Of a DNA stretch of 64,000 bases, positions 28,268-36,543 are shown in pieces. Location of the stretch: contig NC_016645.1 in assembly GCF_000234805.1 (NCBI RefSeq), positions 656,391 to 720,390 on the forward strand, read 5' to 3'. The position numbers and the translations under genes were made by a program. The first letter of the stretch is position 1. Every line of letters begins with the position of its first letter. The notes below the pieces were generated by a model that saw nothing but the letters and a program-made list of their open reading frames with translations, made no database searches and had not been told where the DNA came from. This DNA comes from Pyrobaculum ferrireducens (GTDB lineage: Archaea > Thermoproteota > Thermoprotei > Thermoproteales > Thermoproteaceae).

Positions 28268-28470
28268 GGGGACGCCCCTAACCCGGCCATAGGCGCCGGT
28301 GATACGCCCGGACTCTTCAGAACCCGGAAGCTAAGGCCGGCGCCGCAGTCGGGAGTACTGGGCTCCGCGAGGGCCCGGGAAACCGCTGTGCTGGGAGGGG
28401 GCTTCTCTCTCATAAACTAGGTCAGTTACATCTTGTCGGCTGTGCAGTTGGCTTGGATAAGTTCTTTGGT
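28268..28470 (+). ncRNA. candidate structured ncRNA of about 200 nt (identity unresolved; minimal RNase P RNA is one hypothesis)
   Basis: Predicted TSS about 24 nt after the TATA. GC-rich with many self-complementary blocks (ggcgccgg/ccggcgcc, gggccc, cccggg). GGGCUCCGCGAGGGC resembles RNase P CR-I. Possible T-rich end near 28461-28470. Confidence 0.35.
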
Positions 28471-28731
28471 GGCTGAGGCGCTTATAGATACTAATTGGTG
28501 ATACGCTACGTGGTTAAGAACGCTCCGCCCCGTGAGAGAGGTTGTGGAGCTCCTAGACGGCCTAGAGGCGCGGCACTTCCCCGCTGTGGGTGGGTAGGTG
28601 ATTCGCGTGGTGTTTCAAATAGCGGCTCCCTAGACGGGGGTGTCCTCGGCGCTGTTGTCATGCATGTGGCGAAAGAGAGGGCCCTACACGGCCGCCTTAG
28701 GCGGAGCCGGCGAGGGCGGCGCCGTAGGGGT

Positions 28732-29400
28732 TTAAGGGGCGTTTAACACCTTTATCTGATCTATGAAGTCTACGGTTATTTCGTAGTTCCACGCCGTGGA
28801 GGGGGCTCCCCGCTGTACGGAAAACTTGGCGGTGGCTGACAGCACGCCGTTGCAGTAGACCTCCACCGTGTAGTCCGTGGCGGGTATCTGGTAGGCGGAT
28901 ACCGAGCCGTCAGAGGCGGTCCAAGCGAATATGGCGACCCACCGCCCCCCGGTGAGTGTGTCGACAACCTTGGCGTAGCACCCCGCCACGGGTCTGCCGT
29001 GTCTATCCCTTAGGGTAATGGTGAGGGGGTAGGTCCAGGTGCGGATTTTGCCGCCGGTGGGCCAGCCCAGCTCAGCCACGTCTCTAGCCACGGAGCTGTC
29101 GTATATCCAGATGAGGCGCCCCGCGGCGACTTCGCTGAGAGAGGCTATGCCCCAGGCGATCCTCAAGCCGTAGCCCGGCCTCCACGGCAGGCCGTAGAGG
29201 GCCTTGCCGTCTACTACATAGGACAGCGCGACGATTCCACCGCCCTCGTCGTACACAACCGCCGTCCCGTACCCGAGGGGCCTGTCGTTCCAGTCCCTCA
29301 CCTCGAGCGCCAGTAGAGAAGCCGCCAGCAACAAAACCAGGGCCGCGGCCCTCACAGCTGTTCTGGGGGGTTTGAATATAAGTTTTATATCAACACCCAA
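28732..29400 (-). CDS. secreted hypothetical protein
   Basis: Signal peptide RAAALVLLLAASLLALE. 222 aa. Confidence 0.55.
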   Translation of the reverse strand: MGVDIKLIFKPPRTAVRAAALVLLLAASLLALEVRDWNDRPLGYGTAVVYDEGGGIVALSYVVDGKALYGLPWRPGYGLRIAWGIASLSEVAAGRLIWIYDSSVARDVAELGWPTGGKIRTWTYPLTITLRDRHGRPVAGCYAKVVDTLTGGRWVAIFAWTASDGSVSAYQIPATDYTVEVYCNGVLSATAKFSVQRGAPSTAWNYEITVDFIDQIKVLNAP

Positions 29401-29408
29401 CGCCGTCT

Positions 29409-30320
29409 ATGAGATATCTGCTGTACGGCGGGTTGGGCTTCATTGGGGCCAACGTCGTGGAGGCCTTGGCGGGGGAGGAGGTGTACGTCGCCCACAGGCC
29501 GGGCTCTCCGAGGAGAAAGCCGGCGCTGGCGGGCTTCGTCTCGCGGCACGCAGAGCTGATAGAGTACACAGACCCCGCGAAGCCGCTTGAGTCCGCCAAG
29601 CCGGACGTGGTGATAAACCTCGTGGGGGAGTACTTCGGAAGTCCAGAGGTGGTGTGGGAGGCAAACGCCGAGTTCCCCAAGAGGCTGTGCGACGCGGCGC
29701 GGAGGGCCGGGTGGAGGGGCAAGCTGGTGCACATATCTGCCGCCACCGTGAGGGGGCCCGTGGGCAACCCCATTAGAGAGGAGGAGCGCCACATGGAGGG
29801 GATAAAGCCCGTTTCCCATTTCGACGCGTCGAAGGCTGAGGGGGAGAGGGTGGTGGCGAACTGCTTCGAGGACTGGGTTATTATAAGGCCGGTCCTCGTC
29901 TACGGCCGCTTCAACGACCACCCGGAGTGGGTGACGCTTACCGGCATAGTGAGGCGCGGCGTGGCGCCCATGGTGAATCTAGCCGTCTCGGCCATATCGG
30001 CCCGGGAGCTGGCGAAGGTGGTGAAGCTCTCCACCACCCTCTCCAGAGAGTACTTCTTTGCCACTGAGTGCGCCCCCAGGCGTCTCTCGGACTTCGTGCT
30101 TGCTATGGAGAAGGCATTGGGGAAAAGGGCCCTCCACATACCTGTCCCCAGCTTTGTCATGAGGATTGCCGCGCCACGGGACTTGAAAAAACACCTCCCC
30201 TTCCTGGGAAGGAGCTTCAGTTGTGAAAAAATGACCCACCTCCTTAAATACAGACCAAGCCCCGATTTCGAGAGAGAAGTAGCTGAAATGGTATCCTACA
30301 TCACAGCAACTGTTAAATAA
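29409..30320 (+). CDS. NAD-dependent epimerase/dehydratase (extended SDR)
   Basis: Rossmann motif YGGLGFIGANVVEAL. Confidence 0.8.
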   Translation: MRYLLYGGLGFIGANVVEALAGEEVYVAHRPGSPRRKPALAGFVSRHAELIEYTDPAKPLESAKPDVVINLVGEYFGSPEVVWEANAEFPKRLCDAARRAGWRGKLVHISAATVRGPVGNPIREEERHMEGIKPVSHFDASKAEGERVVANCFEDWVIIRPVLVYGRFNDHPEWVTLTGIVRRGVAPMVNLAVSAISARELAKVVKLSTTLSREYFFATECAPRRLSDFVLAMEKALGKRALHIPVPSFVMRIAAPRDLKKHLPFLGRSFSCEKMTHLLKYRPSPDFEREVAEMVSYITATVK

Positions 30321-30341
30321 CATTTGTTATTATTCTTTATT

Positions 30342-30626
30342 ATGAGTACGCCTCTTGTTTTCATCTTCAGGAGGTGCCCCCCTCGGCGGTTTCATGAATT
30401 GAAAAAATGGGAGATAATTCTCGCCTCTCTTACCTCCTGTCCAGGTGTTGAAAGAGTGGAGGAGTGGAGACTCCGGGAGTATATTAAAGACAAGTTTGTA
30501 GTTGTGGTTGGAGACCGCCTGCTTGCCAAGAGGCTGGAGGTGGCCCACGCCACGTATGGAGAGGTGGAGAGGTTTATGGAATATCTAAAGAGAGAGAGTC
30601 CGCTGTACAAACCTTATCTCCAGTAA
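30342..30626 (+). CDS. small conserved protein, paralog family member 1 (shared KFVVVVGDRxLAKRL-type core)
   Basis: Shares motifs with 51075..51311 and 55430..55648. MSTP start preferred over the ORF-track start at 30324. Confidence 0.5.
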   Translation: MSTPLVFIFRRCPPRRFHELKKWEIILASLTSCPGVERVEEWRLREYIKDKFVVVVGDRLLAKRLEVAHATYGEVERFMEYLKRESPLYKPYLQ

Positions 30627-30655
30627 ATAATATAAGTAGGGGGTTACGGGGCTTT

Positions 30656-31243
30656 ATGAGTTTTGAAAAAAACCTCCTGGAGAGGATCGCCTCCTACATT
30701 CCTGGCTACGCCGGGTATAAGCAGAAGGAGATTAGGAGGGAGACCGACGCCCTCGTGAGGCGCCACGTCGCCTCTATCCTATCCTCAGCCGCGTCGCAGC
30801 TGGTGCTGAGCCCGTCGGAGGCCCGCGCCGTGGCGGCCAGCCCAGACGCCCGCTTCCTCTGGGACACGGCGAGGGCTCTGCTGGATAAGGTGACGCAGAA
30901 GATAGACAAGGCCCCCCACGGCTACGCGGGCTTTTTTGACTTGGCCAAGGTGGATGAGAGCGTCCTAGAGCAGGTGTACCAGCACGACCTCGCCCTCGTG
31001 GAGGAGGCAAAGAAGGTGGCAGATCAAGTGGCCGTCTTGAAGAGCCAGCCCCCCGGCTCCCAGCAATGGGCCGACGCCCTCAGGCAGTTGCTGGCGCAGT
31101 TGCAGTCTCTAGATGCTAAGATAGACGAGCGTATCAAAATACTAAAGGCTATTAGCGAGCCGCCGCCCGCCACGTGGGAGCAGCCGCGTGAGGAGAAAAA
31201 AGGCGGGCTTTTCGACAAGCTGTTCAGGAGGGGCAAGAGCTAG
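30656..31243 (+). CDS. all-alpha coiled-coil protein (PspA/ESCRT-III-like? speculative)
   Basis: 195 aa helical protein with amphipathic N-terminus MSFEKNLLERIASYI and C-terminal GLFDKLFRRGKS. Immediately upstream of an SPFH gene. Confidence 0.5.
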   Translation: MSFEKNLLERIASYIPGYAGYKQKEIRRETDALVRRHVASILSSAASQLVLSPSEARAVAASPDARFLWDTARALLDKVTQKIDKAPHGYAGFFDLAKVDESVLEQVYQHDLALVEEAKKVADQVAVLKSQPPGSQQWADALRQLLAQLQSLDAKIDERIKILKAISEPPPATWEQPREEKKGGLFDKLFRRGKS

Positions 31244-31331
31244 GACTGCGGGTGGTGTAGTGTCAATGTACAGCTCTAATGACGTGGTTTGAACCTCCGT
31301 TAAGGTTTTAAAATGATGGACATGGTCATCC

Positions 31332-32391
31332 ATGCCGCAGGTTATCCAGTGGGTTAACCCCAGAGAGGGGGAGATAATCTGGCGCTACCCCGTGGATAGA
31401 ATTGAGTGGGGAGCACAGCTCATTGTTGAGGAGTGGCAGGCGGCGGTTTTTATGCGCGACGGGAAGGTGTACGACGTGTTTAGGGCGGGGAGGCACACCC
31501 TCACCACCGCCAACCTCCCCCTGCTCACCCAGGCCCTTACCAGAGTCGCGGGGTTTGAGAAGTCGCCCTTCACTGCCGTTGTCATATTCGTCTCGCTTAA
31601 ACAGCACCAGCTTCCCTTCGGCGGGAGGAGCCAAACCGCCGAGCTGGCGCCGATACAGTTCTTCGGCACCGCCTGGTTCAGAGTGGCGGACCCGGCCCTC
31701 TTCGTCACCCAGGTCGTGGGCGGCCAGAACATATACACCACGGAGGACCTCCAGAAGTTCCTAAGGGGCTACTTCAACGAGAACCTAATGGCGGAGCTCT
31801 CCAGAAACTCCATCTTCACCATATACGGCAACCTGGAGCAGGCCAGCTTCGTGGCTAAAAACGCAATAGCGCCCCACTTCGCCAGGTTAGGCCTCGAGCT
31901 CATAGACGTCAAATTCGAGGGCCTAGACGTCACTGACCCCATCTGGCGCGACAGGCTGTTCTACATCAGGGCCACCGGCGTCACCCCTTCGGAGTACCTA
32001 CGCATGGAGACGTTACAGAAAGCCGCCGCGGAGCTCGGCAAAAGCCCCGGGGCCGCGGTCGGCGCGGGGCTGATGATCATCCCGCCCCTCTTCCAGCAAC
32101 AGCAGGCGCCTCAGCCTCCGCCCACCCCCCAGCCCCCCACGCAACCGGCCCCACAGCCCCCCGGCTCCCCCTCCGCCGCAGCCCACCCCACCGCCTCAGA
32201 CAGCCGTATCGACACAACTAGCTCAGCACCAGCAAGGGGTGGTGTGTCCCCAGTGCGGCTACGTAAACCCGCCGGGGGCCAAGTTCTGTATAAACTGCGG
32301 CTACATGCTGGGGAAGAGGTGTCCCCAGTGCGGCTTCGTCAACCCGCCGGAGGCAAAGTTCTGTATGAACTGCGGCGTCAAGTTGCCGTGA
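31332..32391 (+). CDS. SPFH/band-7 domain protein with Pro/Gln linker and C-terminal double zinc ribbon; apparent +1 frameshift in the linker (possible pseudogene or sequencing error)
   Basis: SPFH domain in frame 0 up to about 32160. CPQCGYVNPPGAKFCINCGYMLGKRCPQCGFVNPPEAKFCMNCGVKLP* is encoded in frame +1 (32245..32391). C6 homopolymers at 32125-32130, 32133-32138 and 32157-32162. Confidence 0.6.
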
Positions 32392-32669
32392 CGCCTGGAG
32401 AGACCGCGGCCGCCGTCGCCGCGCTCGCCGTCGGCGTATACCTCGTCCTGGCGTCCGCGGGGGCTGTCCAGCTGGCGGCTAACCAGCTTATAGGCATCGC
32501 CGTCGGCGCATTCGGGGCCTCCTATATGGCGGTGGGGAGGACCAGGGAGTCCGCCTTCTGGGGCGGGGTCCTCACAATACTAGGCGCGGCCACTTTCATT
32601 GGGGGCGGCGCCTCCCCCTTGCTGGTGCTCGGCATTATACTCATATATTCATATCTCTCTTCGCGCTAG
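32388..32669 (+). CDS. small 2-3 TM membrane protein, GTG start overlapping the Zn-ribbon stop (GTGA)
   Basis: VTPGETAAAVAALAVGVYLVLASAG... hydrophobic. Listed in the ORF track only as the tail of the read-through frame-0 ORF. Confidence 0.45.
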   Translation: MTPGETAAAVAALAVGVYLVLASAGAVQLAANQLIGIAVGAFGASYMAVGRTRESAFWGGVLTILGAATFIGGGASPLLVLGIILIYSYLSSR

Positions 32670-32714
32670 TCGCCGGGAGGCGCAGTCCATAAAAACCCCT
32701 AGGGGGCCTCCGAC

Positions 32715-33635
32715 GTGGCTCTCTACCTAGCCATCGGCGGCGGGGGCGACGTGGTCACTGCGGCGGCGTTGGCCGGGGATGAAGCGGTGGGGCAGATACC
32801 GTGGGAGAGATACGTCGTTGACCCGACGCCGGGGCCGGTGCCGGCCTCGGCGCTGAGAGAGGTGGTGGATCTGGGAGGGGGGCTCTACCTAGCCACCCCC
32901 CGTAGCTACGTGGAGAGAGGCGGACGCGTCTTCAAGACCCAGGGCATGTGCGTGGCGAGGGCTCTCAACAAGTCGATATACATCGTCGACCCCTACAGAC
33001 GCCCCAGCGAGGTGGCTCGCGCCCTTACGAGATTCAGCCGCGTAGTTGGGATAGACGTTGGGGGCGACGTGCTTGGGATCGGTTGCGAGGGGTCGATTAG
33101 GAGCCCCCTCGCCGACTCCTACGGCCTCGCCGTGCTCGCCACGGCTGTGGAGCTGGGCGTTGAGGCGGAGGTGTGGGTCATGTCGCCGGGGGCCGACGGG
33201 GAGCTGGATAGGGAGTACGTGTTGAAGAGAGTGGCCGAGGCGGCGGCGGCCGGCGGGCTCATAGGCACGGTGGGGCTGGCTAGGGAGCAGATGGAGAGGC
33301 TGGAGAGGCTCGTATCTATCTGCGTGACGGAAGCCTCCTCCGTGGCCGTGAGGGCCTACAGGGGCGGGCACGGCGAGTTGGAGATAAGGGGCGGCACCCG
33401 CCGGGTGTGGGTAGACGCCTGCGCCATGGTTGGCTTCCGTCTAGACCCCAAGGTCCTTCTGGGGCTGAACAAGGCGGCGTCGCTTATATACAGCCACGAC
33501 GCCCCCATCGATAAGGCGGCTGAGCTGTTGCTGGCCAACGGAATACCCACCGAGCTACACCTAGAGGAGCTCCTGGCTAGGGGCTACTCCCTGCCCCAGG
33601 CCGTGGAGGAGTTGGGGAAGTTAAAACGTTGCTAA
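32715..33635 (+). CDS. DUF1152-family archaeal protein
   Basis: N-terminal LAIGGGGDVV motif characteristic of DUF1152. Confidence 0.6.
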   Translation: MALYLAIGGGGDVVTAAALAGDEAVGQIPWERYVVDPTPGPVPASALREVVDLGGGLYLATPRSYVERGGRVFKTQGMCVARALNKSIYIVDPYRRPSEVARALTRFSRVVGIDVGGDVLGIGCEGSIRSPLADSYGLAVLATAVELGVEAEVWVMSPGADGELDREYVLKRVAEAAAAGGLIGTVGLAREQMERLERLVSICVTEASSVAVRAYRGGHGELEIRGGTRRVWVDACAMVGFRLDPKVLLGLNKAASLIYSHDAPIDKAAELLLANGIPTELHLEELLARGYSLPQAVEELGKLKRC

Positions 33636-34538
33636 GCCTTTGCCTTCTGCGCCGCCTTAGCCTCGGCCAGGATTCGCTGGTACAGCGTCGAGTTGTACGG
33701 CGCGACGCTCACAGCCGAGGACTCGACCCTCAGCTTCATAGTCAAGGCCTGGCCGTAGAGAGTCATGTTTAGATACACGTCCCCCACCACTGCCAGGGGC
33801 ACGCCGCCCACCTCGCACATCTCCGCCACGTAAACCCCGCTACCGTTGGCGGGCAGGCCACCTAGGATGTAGGCAAAGGCCTCCGGGCTTATCATGCCTC
33901 TCTCCTCCACCGCGGAGCCGGCGTAGCCTAGATGCGTGCAGGTCCCCTTCACGGCGCGTGTGATGTTGACACCGTGGAGGAAGTGGAACAGGGTGTAGTT
34001 CGCGGCGGCGGTCTCGGCTTGGCACTCACCCCCGGCGCAGGTCACCACATACATAAGCCGGCCCTCCGTAGCCGCCTTGTGGCTCACCTCCACAGGCCCC
34101 CTCGGCGGTATGTTAAAGACAAATTTGCCGAAGCTGTAGTTCCCAAGCGGCCCCACGCCCTCCACAGACCAGCCAACCAGCCTCAGCGACATGTCGCCGA
34201 TGTACACGGTTATCGTGTACGTGTAGTTAACGTGGTAGCTGTCTCTCCTGAAGCCGGGAGCCGTGGTGGCTGTTGAGGTCTTTGGGCCTGTGGCGGCGGG
34301 GGGAGTGGTGGTACTCGGCGTATTCTCTGTGGACGTCGCAGTAGAGGTGGTTGCCGCTGGAGGGGTTGAAGAGGTGGCTGTGGGAGGCGCCCCGCCCGGG
34401 GTGGTGGGCGTGGGGGAGCTGGGGGTCGCGGACCTGGTTTCTCCACCTGGCCTTGTGTAGCTCGTCGCGGCTTGATAGAAGTAGATAAGGGCGCCGGCCA
34501 CCAGCGCCGCGAGGATCACCAAGGCGACCTTCCTCATG
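33632..34538 (-). CDS. secreted Thr/Pro-rich protein
   Basis: Start at MRKVALVILAALVAGALIYF (signal/anchor). Long TPTTPGGAPPTATSSTPPAATTSTATS linker; N-x-S/T sequons. Confidence 0.55.
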
Positions 34539-34565
34539 TCTGTCGCCTCCCGGGGGTTTAAAAAG

Positions 34566-35408
34566 TTAGAGCTTCGCCTCGGCCTCGTACCTACCCACCC
34601 TCGACGCCGAGAAGGCAACCAGCCTCGCCACGGCGCCTAGCGAGGCAAGGGCTCCGCCTAGGGCCCCCAGCGCCGGGTGGATGCCGAGGAGGTAGGTTGT
34701 CAAAGCGCCTACGGCCGCTGTTGCCAGGGTTGAGCCGGCCGCAAGTCCCAGGCCTTCGGCGCGGCCCCGCCTCGACAGCGGGTACTCCATACTCAAGACA
34801 GATCCCTCGCATGCGTCGATAAGCGCCCTGAACTGCCTCCCGCCGTATGTATAGGTGAGAGACCAGAATGGGTAGTAGACAATGCCCTCAAAGCTCCACT
34901 CTATCGTCACCTTGACCTTAAAGACCGAAACGTAGGTGCGGGCCTCCTCGACAACGTCGCCTAGGCTACGGAAGGCGTCCTCCGGCGACAGGTCCGGCGA
35001 GTTGAATACACCGAGCCTCTCAAGAGTTGGCTTGAACGGCGTCCTCCACCTCGCGGGGAATATGTAACTCTTTGGCAGTTTGAAGGGCGGCGTCGATAGG
35101 GCCAGCGCCGTGGCGTATGTCTCCAGCTCCTCCAGAGGCCTGAAGGTTATGTGGTAGAGGTACAGGGGGAGGAAGTGCATCTCGGCTCCGGCGGGCGTCG
35201 CCGAGGGAAGGTCATCGGGCGAGCCCATGGGCCTTAAATTCAGCACTTTTCTAAAAGCCGTGGTCTTGTCCACAGTGGGCTTGAAGATGTAGACGCTCTC
35301 GTAGGTCTTCCCCTCCGACACCACAGTCCCGCAGTAGGGACAGACGTAGAACCTCCGGCCCGGCGGAGCGTCGTACTTAGCCCCACAGAAGGGGCACTGT
35401 ATGATCAT
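34566..35408 (-). CDS. Zn-ribbon (CPFCG...CPYCG) protein with C-terminal Gly/Ala-rich TM hairpin; paralog B
   Basis: N-terminal CxxC-x15-CxxC. C-terminal GLGLAAGSTLATAAVGALTTYLLGIHPALGALGGALASLGAV glycine-zipper-like helices. ATGA coupling to the upstream paralog. Confidence 0.6.
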   Translation of the reverse strand: MIIQCPFCGAKYDAPPGRRFYVCPYCGTVVSEGKTYESVYIFKPTVDKTTAFRKVLNLRPMGSPDDLPSATPAGAEMHFLPLYLYHITFRPLEELETYATALALSTPPFKLPKSYIFPARWRTPFKPTLERLGVFNSPDLSPEDAFRSLGDVVEEARTYVSVFKVKVTIEWSFEGIVYYPFWSLTYTYGGRQFRALIDACEGSVLSMEYPLSRRGRAEGLGLAAGSTLATAAVGALTTYLLGIHPALGALGGALASLGAVARLVAFSASRVGRYEAEAKL

Positions 35409-36424
35409 GCCTCCACCCGCCGAGACTTAAGAAGGCCGCCTGCCAGGAGGTACGTAGCGATTGTGCCGGCCAGCGCCGTGACTGCGCCCTCGACTACTCC
35501 GCCGAGCAGAGCCAGGGACGAGAGGCCGCCCAGCACCCCCCCAACAGCCGCCACCCCCAGGAGTGAGATGGCCTTGTTTTCCACGAAGGAGGGCTCCTCA
35601 GCCACCACCACCGCCCCGTCCCACCCAGCCACGTAGTAGTTGTAGTAGGACCCCTTGTAGAGATACGGCACAATCCACATGGGGAGGTACGTCAATGGGG
35701 ACACCTCAAGCCTCTCCACTGTGTAGTCCACGGTCCTGTCCTCCACAGTCGCCGAAGCCATCAACAACCCCGTCTCCTCCCTAGCCACCCTAGCCGCGTC
35801 TTCATCAACCCTGGCCAGTAGCCTCGGCACCACGGCCCTCACCGCCTTCGCCTTGGCCCTCTCAGGCGTCAGCTCGGTTGCGAGAAACGCCCCCGACACC
35901 GAAGCGGACGTCGCCACCTCGGCGAGTTGCCTCGGCTCGGGTGCGGTCTTGAAGAAATGTGACGTCAGCTTATCCACAGAGAGGCCCCACGCCGCCCTCC
36001 TAGCCAACACCGCCACCAAGTCGGAATATGTGACGACTCCCGACACCCTCACGCGTTTAGTCTCAACGCGGGTTGTTGCCTGGCCTCTGACGTACACGGT
36101 GCGGGTGTAGGTGAGGACCACCGTGGCCTCGTAAGAGGCTCTGAGCCGGACGTCGACGAAGTAGAACGGCAGGTATACGAGATCGGGGCTGGCGAAGTTT
36201 ATCTCAGACATCCTCCTCCCCAGGTTGAAATCTCTCTTCGTCCTCTCCACAGCCCGGCGCAGGACTTCGGAACTGGAAAGCGTCGGCACGGCCAGGATCT
36301 TCGATGGGTTCCCCGCTACGAAGTTAGGCGTGCCGCAGTACCTACACACCACAACCACAGACTCCGGTGACAGGTCGAGAGGCGCCCCGCAGTAGGAGCA
36401 CTTCACAGACGGGAGATGTAGCAA
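35405..36424 (-). CDS. Zn-ribbon (CSYCG...CRYCG) protein with C-terminal Gly/Ala-rich TM hairpin; paralog A
   Basis: Same architecture and several shared blocks with 34566..35408 (LPFYFVDV vs LPLYLYHI; Tyr-rich block before the TM). Confidence 0.6.
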   Translation of the reverse strand: MLHLPSVKCSYCGAPLDLSPESVVVVCRYCGTPNFVAGNPSKILAVPTLSSSEVLRRAVERTKRDFNLGRRMSEINFASPDLVYLPFYFVDVRLRASYEATVVLTYTRTVYVRGQATTRVETKRVRVSGVVTYSDLVAVLARRAAWGLSVDKLTSHFFKTAPEPRQLAEVATSASVSGAFLATELTPERAKAKAVRAVVPRLLARVDEDAARVAREETGLLMASATVEDRTVDYTVERLEVSPLTYLPMWIVPYLYKGSYYNYYVAGWDGAVVVAEEPSFVENKAISLLGVAAVGGVLGGLSSLALLGGVVEGAVTALAGTIATYLLAGGLLKSRRVEA

Positions 36425-36543
36425 CGTTAAAACTATATCTGCGGAGCGGCCGGGGGGCGGACGGTCGCCGACGCGTCGCGGCGTCTGTGGCCGGGGTATT
36501 GATTTATATTAGGGTTTGGTTGGTTGCGCAAGTGGAGACGTTT

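Noticed and set aside
28300-28330. cccggaag tetraloop-like segment reminiscent of SRP RNA helix 8
   Set aside because: The conserved GGAAGCAGC symmetric-loop sequence of SRP RNA is absent, so SRP RNA identity is not supported.
31332-32669. Single 445-aa ORF as given in the ORF track
   Set aside because: Its 3' third is translated in a frame that yields nonsense repeats, while frame +1 encodes a textbook double zinc ribbon followed by a GTGA-coupled membrane protein. Split into SPFH-ZnR (frameshifted) plus small membrane protein.
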